Part shown: positions 53,607 to 64,000 of the stretch, piece by piece
Numbering within the stretch: the first letter of the stretch is position 1
Layout: the number at the start of each line of letters is the position of its first letter
Source: Marsupella aquatica
Lineage: Eukaryota; Plantae; Marchantiophyta
Assembly (NCBI GenBank): GCA_973895155.1
Contig: OZ316891.1
Location: 9,301,875-9,365,874, forward strand
Length of the DNA: 64,000 bases
Reading direction: 5' to 3'
Program-made: the position numbers and the translations under genes
The notes under the pieces: generated by a model
Database searches by the model: none
Told to the model about the DNA's origin: nothing
What the model saw: only the letters and a program-made list of their open reading frames with translations

Positions 53607-54390
53607 GCCATGGGAATGGATGAGGCTGGGAACTCAGGGTCAGGGGGCTTTAGAAGACGTGGGGGATACTTGCGACTTTTCTTCACGGAAGCAAACTGAG
53701 CCTGTTTTTGTTCTAGACATAGATTTCATTCCACAATGTGTATACCAAGGCCATGCGAATGGATGAGGCTTGAACTCAGGGGGGTTTAGACTAAGTGGGG
53801 GGTACTTGCGACTTTTCTTCACGAAAGCCAACTGAGCCAGTTGTTCTTGTTCTAGATATAGATTCTATATATATATGTCTACAACTATAATAAGGGATCC
53901 CGTCATTTTTAGTCCTTCGTCCTTCGTCCCCATACAAAAAAGTTTCTGGGCGGGAAAGATCCACAGCCGTTGGATTTGATTAGTTGTTTTTGCTCACCAT
54001 TGATGAGAGAAATATACACCCCTAACACGTATTGGCTTCCCGCTGCCCTGTAATACCCCTGGCCAATCCGTATGGGCCTGCCCTCCTTGCACAGTGCAAA
54101 GCACTGGCATAGGGCTATATATATCAAGGCCATGGGAATGGATGAGGTTGGAACTCAGGGAGCTTTCGACTACGTGGGGGGTACTTGTGACTTTTGCCCA
54201 CGAAATCAAGCTGAGCCACTTCTTGTTCTAGATACAGATTCCATCCCACAATATATTTTAAGGCCATGGGAATGGACGAGGCTGGAACTGAGGGGGCTTT
54301 AGACTATGTGGGAGGTACTCATGATTTTGCCCACGGAAATCAAGTTGAGCCATTTCTTGTTCTAGATATTGATTCCATTCCACAATATAT
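53607..54390. repeat. Four ~135-140 bp tandem units interrupted by an insertion
   Basis: ggccatgggaatggatgaggct.gaactcaggg..ctttaga..gtgggg.gtacttg.gac..ttgttctagat at about 53607, 53749, 54128 and 54262. Confidence 0.9.
53864..54118 (+). mobile_element. Non-autonomous Helitron-like insertion within the tandem array
   Basis: Begins TCTATATA..tctacaactataataaggg; ends with hairpin cagtgc-aaa-gcactg then gcatagggCTAT (CTAG expected). Absent from the other array units. Confidence 0.6.
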
Positions 54391-54419
54391 GTCAAACTAC
54401 CAAAGAATAATAACACTAA

Positions 54420-54960
54420 ACATAGAAAAATGATACCAAAGGTGAAAGACCCCGAAAAGCGGGGAAAGATTGAAAGAACGGGTGAAAGAAAAACCCCAGG
54501 ACTACCAAAGAGGCCTAACAAGCTAGAGAGTCCCAAACAACAGCTAAAGAACTAGTAGCCCGTAAAAGAATAGAGAAGACTAAAACCCTACTTGGAGGAA
54601 AACTGAGAAGCCGGTGGAGTGAACCACATAGGAGGGTCCTATAAAAGATCTATCTAGATGCCCTTAAACCTATAGCTTTGGCCCTATGAAGAATAATGAA
54701 TGTGTGAGCCCTTTGAAGTGCGATGAACACCCTCTGTCTACAGAAGGCCAAAAAATCTTCTGGAATGAATTTCAATAAATGTAAATTGCTGAAATGAAGA
54801 GCCAACTCTGTCCAGTTCATTTTTCAACCTATGGGACGAAAGCCACGCAGCGAAAAGACAGAGCAATCAGAGGAAGGTGGACACCCAACCCCATGAAAAA
54901 CACCCAGCTAGTCAGGCCATGTCATTCTGAACAGCCCTAGCAAGGTGGCAAGGAGCCAAA
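54420..54960 (-). mobile_element. Internally deleted CRE-like (RLE-type) non-LTR retrotransposon 3' remnant
   Basis: Minus-strand translation gives GLGVHLPLIALSFRCV / HRLKNELDRVG (resembles the RLGLP..RC.CG..D..G.H zinc-knuckle lead-in) and LAFCRQRVFIALQRAHTFIILHRA (resembles the RQRVSIALQRA C-terminal motif), followed by a T-rich tail. Frameshifted. Confidence 0.55.
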
Positions 54961-57160
54961 GTTTGGAATTGCGTGGACCACCTCCTGAGGATTCAGGTGG
55001 AGGGATCCTGGAAAATCCATTTATTACAACCCATGTGTCCCACTCTTAGATGTTGCAAGCTTTGCCCATTTTCAGTGAACTCCACTTAGGGATGGGTAAC
55101 TCATTCATTACAACCCATGTGTCCCACTCTTAGATGCTGCAAGTCTACCAATTTCCATTATTTTAGGTTATACGGGAGTGACCTCCAATTTTTCCCAGGA
55201 CTCAAGTCTTTCATGCGCAAAGGGCTTTGGTGAACTCCACTTGGAAAGGGTGTTATGCAACAGTTGGGCTGACTTATGAACCTTGAACTCAGAACGTCAC
55301 TTCACACAATGAAGATTGCTACCACTGGGCTACACTGGCTGGCATGACTAATGTTGAGCAAACTCTGCATTTAGGTGGATCTACCATATGTAGCATTCAG
55401 AAATATGAAGACAGGCACCCTCATGTCTTTGCCTTCTATGCATGATGGGGACTTCACCACAATGGGTAGCATACCAATGGGCAACAATAATCAGTTTCAC
55501 AGGAAAGCTTGTCCACAAGTCTGGAAGTAGTAATCTAGAATTATAGACCAGGAAAAATACTTCTTGGAATGTTGAATGGATGGCCTCTAATGGGGGCAGG
55601 CCTTTGCTGAGGTGCACTAATGCATTGGATTTTTTGGGCTTGAGCAAGTTGTAACATCACAAAAAAAATTTGCCGAAAGTGCATTGTAAAAAAGCCCATG
55701 CATGTGTCAGTCTCTGCAGTTCTCTGTAAAAGGAGCTCATTGGAATGATGATGGAGTCTGCCAAATATCTTAGTAGCAAGGGCTGGTTGTGAAGAAATTT
55801 TAGGCACTTTCTTTGATTGGACTCAATTTGAAAGCTCCAAGAAAGAGTCAAGTAGTTTGTATCAAGCGCCATAGACAAGACTTCTCATATCAGGGATGAA
55901 GGTCAAATTAGCAAATCTGTAAACTGATACAGTAAGTAGAAGATGACAAGACTTCTCATACCAGGGATGAAGGTCAGATCAGCAAAACTGTAAATTGATG
56001 GAGGTGTAGACATGTATTTACCTACAACTACAGAGCGTACACAATGGGCATTTATTGATAAGTGCAGCTGAGAATTACATAGAGTAATTTCATACTCTTA
56101 TCTCCACACTTATCGAGCTGATTGTGAGGTGCGAGGGCTAGGGGTATGAGGAGTCCAATGTGTCCAGCCTAAGAGCACATATGGTGAAGTGCATAAGTGA
56201 TTTTTCAAGTGCTTAGTACTTTTTCATAGTAATTAATAGCTCAAACACATGCCCATCGCACAAACAGCTTGCATTGGAATCTTGATTCTGTGTGGGGGTG
56301 AACACTCTCCGTTTCATCGAAGAAGCCCATACCATATCACCCACTCCATGAATAGCGCTCTTCATTGGAGAACACCCCCCTCCCCACTCAAGGCTATTCT
56401 ACAAATTTTAATAATTGACTTTAGATCTAACAAGTGGAAGGTGAAATACTGAAAAAACTGATCCATTCTGTATCAATGGTGGCTTTTTCTATCACATTGA
56501 AAATGAAACAGTCTTTGGGGAAAATAGTTTCGGAAGCACTGAAACAACTCCAAACTATCTCTTGACCATTTGACTATACAAGAATAAATTCATTTTTGCA
56601 CAATCGCTTATTATTTAGCATCAAATGTACAAATGGCTATTTTGAGATTCAAATTACAATAGCTTAAAGAATTGATGAATGTCCTAAATGATTTCCCTAG
56701 TGTCTGCTTAACTTTGTCCCCCATACTTGGCGAGACTCATTCCAAGCCCTGTTCTCCTGTTTACACAAAATTGGAAACTTCACTTCAAATTGCATTTTAG
56801 GTCAAAACTCAGGTTATTGGTAATGACCACCACTGACATTCATGTGTACCAAATTTGGTGAACATTGCTATTTTGAAACAAAATCTCAAAGTCCAACTGC
56901 TGAGTCACTTTCTCATCATTAACCTAATACTTACCAAAACCATTGCATGCATTGGATTCTAGGTTTAATACACCTCCAGTTGTGTAATAAAGTGAGAATT
57001 AATGAGCTAATTGATCCGCTTCACACATAAATTGATATTTAAAAGTCTGTTTCTGACATGAAAATTCTAAGGTTGGCCTCATAATCACACAAAAAGACCA
57101 GAGGAATGGATTCAAGGTAGCCACTTTACCCAAAGTAGCTTGGAGACAGTCCCCAGTCAG

Positions 57161-60100
57161 TCATGAACCACTTGACCCAGGAGTAGCCGGATCAGGCACT
57201 GGTTCCGGTGCTGAACCTTCTTGTGGAGGTGGAGGAGTTTCTTGAAGCTCTGGATCCTTGGGACTAAGTGCTGCTGATGCATTTGCCTTCTCATAATCTT
57301 CCTTCTTTCGTTGCAAGAGGTCTTCCAATTTACCCAACAACCTCTACAAATACAAATGGAGCAATTGGTACAATTCTGAATTCAGGGCCAAACATTAAGG
57401 AGGAAACAACATAAGCCCTATATATATACTTTTCAAAAAGAATGTCCTTCAGTTTCCAGGAATCACAACCCCTCTAAGTATGTAGACTGCTCACATCAAC
57501 ATGTAGAAATCACATAAAAAGTGATATTTTTCCAATATCTGATTTTTGAGTGATATATCAATTTTTGCCAGGTAAAGAAATCTGATGAGGATCCAAACCT
57601 TGAACTGGTCACGATTGATGGACACAGTCTTGCATTTGGTGAGAGCAGTTATAGTGGCAGCACGAGGAGCATCATTCAGCAACGCCAATTCACCAAAGTA
57701 ATCTCCTTTGTTGTACTTCATCACCACCTTACCTTTTGATCTAGCTTCCGCCTCACCCTAAACGAGCATTACCCAATTTTATTGCAATTACAACCAGATG
57801 GTAGTATTAAGCTCCATCATCAAAATGGAATATGGTGCCTGTCTTTTATCCATCTATATGTACATATAGAGAGTCAGTTTGAATCAAGGATTTTTCTTCA
57901 AAATTTTCCCACTGCCCAAACTCATGTATTTTATTGCAGCATGCGTGTGGATGCACAGTTAAACTGCAACCATTCATGTTATGGACAGATGTATTTTATC
58001 AACTTAAGCCATTTTTTTAATTGAATAATTTTGTGGCTAAACCTTGTTGAATTTGGATGATTCCGTTAGTATTTGGGGCACAGGTTAAAAAAGAAAAACC
58101 CACTAAAACATTTTCTACTCCAATATTTGATTGGTAGGTTTGCAAAACATTGCAAATATTCATAAATAATAGTGGCAATGATATATTCCTTGCTCCAGAA
58201 GATTTGGTTTCATTGATAGAAGTTATGGAACTGACCTCCACTAGGATGTAGAACTTGTCTCCTTTGGCTCCCTCAACTATAATTACTTGTTGAGGGTTGA
58301 AGTACTCAGGCTCCAAGACATCTGCTATGGCTGACCTCTCATACTTGTCCAGGGACTGCATGTTAAGACATTGAGACCTTATGCAAATTTATAAATGATT
58401 TTTTTTGTTGCAAACCTGATATTTCCTACTAAAAATTAGAACCCTCTCCCCAACCCTATGTTAAATGGAGAAGGACTGTACTCAACATCCAATATTGTTG
58501 ACTGAGAGCTAAACTTGGTACTATTATAAATAATGTCAATCCTTCAAGCACCTAACTAGAAAAACTTGTTAGATATATGAGATCTGAAGCTATCTAGGTC
58601 TATTGAAATAAGATTATTGCTAAATTGAAAGATCTTTTTCCACGTCAATATTTTGAAATATGAAAGAATCAAGGGGCAAAGACCCTTAACCTTTCAAACC
58701 TAGCTTGTTTAATACCTACTATGTTCATATATGTGAGAGACCCCAGAGATTCTGTTCTGTTGAAGTCCAATTCCCAACAGCATTTGCTCTTAGGGTACTT
58801 CAGAGTAGTAACATGTGAGAAAGTATTTTAAATAGTACCTTGAGAAGTGGTACTTGACACAAAAAATCTTCATATAGATTTCTTTTATCTTGAGTTGTGG
58901 TCATGAGTATGGCCTTAAACGTCAGTCTATCAACTGCCCATAGTATGCAATCTGTGGTGGCCTGCCAATTAGCCATACTTCATTACATTTTTCTCATCAA
59001 GTTGTCCAATCTTGGAGCCAGGATATGTCAGCAACCCTTACTGGCTTGGAATAAATTATCAAGTTGATGTTGTGCAAGCTCACACGGTGCTCCAAATTCT
59101 ATGAGATTCTTTGACTTAGAAATCTCACCTTTGATTCAACTTAGCTCAATCTCAGCATTTCTACTCAAATCTAATTTTATGTTCCACTCAAAGTTGTTTT
59201 GGGCTGGTGCATGATGTTTAATTTTTTTAGTTCAATTGGGTTACTCATCTGTAACTTTCTTATAGGCAATGCAACTGTAACAACTAAGTTTTCTTGAAGC
59301 GCATCTACAGATCTATGAAATAAGCAAATTTTGAATTGGGTTTTAATGATTGTATTGTTAAGGTTTGATGACGAAGGTAACCATTTTACTATTTGAACAC
59401 CATTTTACATACAAAAGAAGAAGAGGAAGAAGCAAAACGGAAAACAGAGTCCAAAGTGGACCAAAGAAATCCTAAGAATTGGATACCTTTACTGTAGCTG
59501 CTCTTGGAGAATTATATAACAGTGCAAGCTCGCCAAAGCTATCTCCTGCTGCATATTGTTTGACCATATCCGGCTTGGAAGCGCCTTTCTTCAATATCCA
59601 AACTTCAGCTGATCCTTGCTGAATTGAACCAATTTTATGGGCTTTGAGGATAAACCCGTATCACCTATATGTGATAAAGTTTTGAACAAGTGGATTTCTA
59701 CACAATGTGATTATTTTGAAGTACGGTGTGCCAGCTTAGTCTGTGTGCATAATTGACTTAGTTAATCTTTTAGTTTGTAACACTTGAGATTGAAGTGGAA
59801 AGTAAGGTTGCTTTTTGGGCGCAGCTTTTATAAAGTTGAAGACTAATCTATCTGATCGAAATGATATTTCCCACCAGTGATGTAAATCCAACAACTAGAT
59901 CTCCCCTTGAAGTATATGAATATCAGTTTGCACATATGTGGAATTTTGGTCCCCTTCTATATATGGATACAAATTGACGAAACCAAATAAGTGATCCAAC
60001 AAGAAGAGAGTAAGCTGAACCTCAAGGAGATAGAAGTAATCTCCCATTTCTCCTTGAGTAATTATTGTTTCTCCCTCTTTAAATCGAACTTCCTCAACTG

Positions 60101-61500
60101 CATCAATAATCTGTGCATGAAGGTTCAAAGTTAAATTAGAGAATCAAAGCCCTAACTTTGGAGCTTTTCTTCTACAAGAGTTTGAATTTGACTTTGATAG
60201 TTCTTATTAACATTAGGATCAGAGCATCATTCCTGACATCATTCTGCTCCTAAATTTAATTAGCTTTCAATTGCTGAAATATTATGAAAAGATCTATGAT
60301 TTTGAGACCTCAAGAGCACATAACATGAGTGGAATTGCAAGTTTGAATTTCTTGATATGTGTATAAGACTTCTATTCCCTTTGACAACATATGGGGGTAA
60401 GTTCATGCAATGGAAGTAAGTTCATGTTGATGAACCGTTTGTGTCTGCTCTTGATCAAGATGTTGAAGTAAATAACTCTTGGAAAAACAATTGCGAATGC
60501 GGCTCTTTGCCTCTTCACTCTTCTCAACAACCTAGCAAGTCTCAAAATTAAAAGCATTTTGGTAATTAACATTAGAACTTCAGTGCAACCTTTGCTAAGA
60601 GTTTTACAAGAAACTATTTACACAATAATCTCATATCTATATAAAGATTCCATCAATGCCATAAATTGTTGACATTGTTGTAACTAGTAAGAAGGTTACC
60701 AACTAGTTTGCTAGTTCAAGGCATACATAACCAATTCTTGTAACAGCAACGGAAGGACTGAGGACACATGCAGTACCTTTGGAACATATTTATCTTCTCC
60801 GGTGAGTACTTCTGCGCTCACACCTGTCCTACGAATGTTCAGTGTCTGACTTCTCCCCCTTTGTTTCTGAAGGGCAACAACGCAAGAATCCAAAAGTGCA
60901 AAGATTTGCAATCAGGGTTAGCCACAAAAGTTGCATTCTCAACCTTTGTTTGTACAAATTTAATAGAAAACAAAATTTGTAGACTTTGTTAAAAGAACCA
61001 GCGCAGGGTTTTGAAATGTACATTTCAGGTACAGCCACAGATTGAAGTGTAAGATATAAAATCACACTAGTAGTCATACCATGCTTCAAGGTTCCCAAGA
61101 CCCATATAATAAAGAAGACTCTTTGAGCAGACAAAGCAACATTCCAGAACATGCTTCAAGGCCCCAAGACCGTTTTAATGAGTAGGGCCTTTGAAGAGTA
61201 AAAATGACAGTTTATATCTTTGGAGAATATTAAATTGAAATGTTGTCGATATATTTATCTCCAGCATTAACTAGTTTTAACCCAAAGATAATTTATATTC
61301 AAAACGTTGTCTTCAAAAAGTATCTATCAGTTTTCCTAAGAATGAAATGTCAACCATCCTTGAACCCATTGAGCAAACAACCAATCAAAGAAATTTACAA
61401 GTGGAGAATTTGATGGGATTGCAGAAATGCTCTTGGCCTTTGATTTGAGCTTCACATCCGCCACACCCATCATAATGTCACGACCCCCAGGTGAAGCCAT
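57161..61500 (-). CDS. PKAR: cAMP-dependent protein kinase (PKA) regulatory subunit, ~364 aa
   Basis: Exons in transcription order: 61500-61399 (least certain), 60866-60777, 60531-60436, 60110-60021, 59618-59487, 58961-58839, 58355-58236, 57757-57599, 57343-57161 (TGA); all GT-AG, phase 0. Inhibitor site RRTGVSAE; CNB-A IITQGEMGDYFY..FGELALLYNSPRAATV..LWAVDRLTF; CNB-B IIVEGAKGDKFY..YFGELALLNDAPRAATI..RLLG. Confidence 0.93.
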
Positions 61501-64000
61501 GATGGATTGAATACCTTGTTTCAATATACTAATGTGTTGTGTTCGTCCAAGACATCTTTGATAATAATGTTTCTATTCTCCAATGTGGATGTCAAGGTAT
61601 TCAGGGTTTCTCTGTACTGGTCCTTTCAATCACAAGCACTGTTGAAAGGGTCCAATGCAACTTTTGAAGTCCAGATTTGCTACATTCTTAGAAACCCATG
61701 TCACCCTTTTATGTCACAAACAGGATCATACATGTTTAGATTTCCCAACAGACCAGTCTTATCCTGTTGTTACCAATCCTTATGATAGAAAAGGAAACCT
61801 TTCACTCCAAACTAGCACAGTTTTGTTTGATATGAATCAAAAGAACCATGCCCCATTTTGAGCATCCTACATATTGTGTAAAAGGTAAAAGAGCTATTGT
61901 AGCAACCAACAAAATATATCCTAGCTTCCATAATATGCAAAGAGGGCCATCAGGTCATGGGAAGAGGGGTTGCGAGGGGGGATCTCGAAGCACTGCTCCA
62001 TCAAGCCACCCTCTGCGCGCCTCTGCCTCTTTCACTGCAACATCAGTAACCTTGAACCAATCACATTGCAACCCCTACATTTGACTTTCACCATAAGCAT
62101 TTCCCTTGCTCTAATTGCTGGCTTCACTCCCCCTGGCCCTGACTGAGTCCGGTCGACACTTTGGCAGCCCGCGTCTCACCCTGTTGCAGCAGCATAGTTG
62201 AAATATGACATACAGGGCATATTGAAGGCAGTGTGTCCTTATTGGCACTTTTTTTGCCAAAAGAGCAACTGGCGAGAGAGGCTGGGAATAATTTGTTAGC
62301 AATTTAGGGAATGATTCACCAGTGTAGCAAGTCAGGAGAGCTGTCTTTGCTAGTATTGAACAGTCAAAATAGGACCACACAGAATCTAACAGCCTAGAAT
62401 TGAGAATAGAATAAGTAGCACTCAAGCAGCCAACTTATAAGAAGGGAAAGTCCTTCTAGTCGTCATTCTTGCGACTCCCAGGAGTAAAAACAATCCCCTG
62501 ACCGGAGGAGGAGGGTCAGTGTACCAGAGCCTACCAGCTTCCTACCAGGTGTACCTGAGGACTAGGGTTAGCAAACAGAGCATACTGGAGGGGGGGAGGG
62601 TGACCTCAGTGTACCAAGCATTGGCAACATTCCATTGAGCCTCTGTGATCAGATTGCAATTTGACCCTAGACCTACAGCAATATCTTTGGTACCCAATAA
62701 GTTAAACTAGTAATGCTGTATTGAAGCAGACATCCTTTAATATCTCCAACTCATGAAGAACTTATAGAAGTCACTAAGCTGTAAAGGAATGAAGCTGCTA
62801 ATTATTGTACCTGGCCTAGATCACTGTCAGTGTGTTGTAAAATGCAATAGAAGATACTATGAGAATTATTGATACATTTGTGACAGCGTGCATGGCCATT
62901 TGCATCAGCATGTAAGTTTCATTCTATTTCTCTATATATATGATGACACATTGTGCACAGTCCAATTTCAGAAAATGTACGCAATATCTCATAACTTATT
63001 TCCCAGCAATATTGACAGATGGAGTATAAACCCTATAGGATTCCAAGCAAAATATGATGATGTCCTGAATCTAAGTTGAATGAGTCTAGAAGAATGTTTT
63101 CAATCCTAACAAAAATTGTTTTTACTGTAAGGGTAAAGTGGTAGTCCTCTAGAACTGGAGTTTACCTAGACAATAGAAATCTAAATCACTGCAACAAAGG
63201 ATCTTGCTCTTTTGCCACTCATGGTCTCCTTAAAAATGACATTTGCACTTGAACAAACCCAGGCCATTAGATTCCCCTACCCATTTTCCCGGAGATTTGA
63301 AAAAATGGCCTCTCTTGCCTCCTCTATGAGCCCACATGGTCATCCGCCTGGCCTGTCATAAAAAATACCTTGCAGGTTGGACTCACGTGTTCCAAGAAAT
63401 TGTCCTGCACACCACCCAAGACATCACCCCGATCCAACTTTCTTCTCATTATTTTCTATTTCAACACACTTTTGCTTTGGCCATTGCCTTGACAGTACTT
63501 TCTCCAACTACAACTGTGCAACCTACAACCCACACGCATTGAGGAAAAGAGGGGCCTTCTCCCTCTGGGTCTCCATCTTTTCCTCCCCTTCATTGGGTTG
63601 CTTGCCTTTGGATCATGTCTCCCGGTTCAACATTTTTTGCCCTTGGGCACTGTAATATATACATTGAACTAGTAAGTAATAATTTTCATCACAATTTAGT
63701 ATTAAATTCAAAGGATCATTTCAACCAAAACAAAGGTAGTTGTACTTCACTGGCATCATGCTCTGAACGCCACTGCAAGAATCTGGTGCTGCCCATCACC
63801 TTCAAAGTCAATACCATATAACGAGGCCCATGACCAAATAGCCCTTCGATAACAAGAAAACCACAAAAATCTTTCACCCTTCCCTGTCTCTCCTCGGCTA
63901 CAGTGCAAAGTCCTTCACCTTTCCTCACTGTCATGCCCCATATGTTTCTTATATATTTTCGAATCTGGCCATAAGCTTTTGGCCTACCAAACCCCTGATC

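Overview
Eukaryotic, intron-rich land-plant nuclear DNA, most likely a bryophyte such as a liverwort (inferred from gene content). Six protein genes can be reconstructed by hand from splice signals: the 3' part of a WDR11-like gene (+, 277-4329, with a GC-AG intron), MAP70 (+, 30114-34487), plastid DUF177A/YceD (+, 43320-44823), an intronless plastid type II peroxiredoxin with a divergent active-site loop (-, 47169-47900), an intronless AKRP/EMB506-family plastid ankyrin protein (-, 50865-52316), and a nine-exon cAMP-dependent protein kinase regulatory subunit (-, 57161-61500). The last has two intact cAMP-binding cassettes, a pseudosubstrate inhibitor site and apparently no dimerisation/docking domain; this gene class is not found in flowering plants. 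The gene-poor 4.4-28 kb interval and other intergenic DNA hold small decayed mobile elements: a Bianca-type copia LTR plus PBS, mini-Helitrons, a TA-flanked MITE, a tRNA-derived SINE candidate and a CRE-like non-LTR remnant. There are also many local tandem duplications. All exon coordinates are manual predictions, not transcript-verified.
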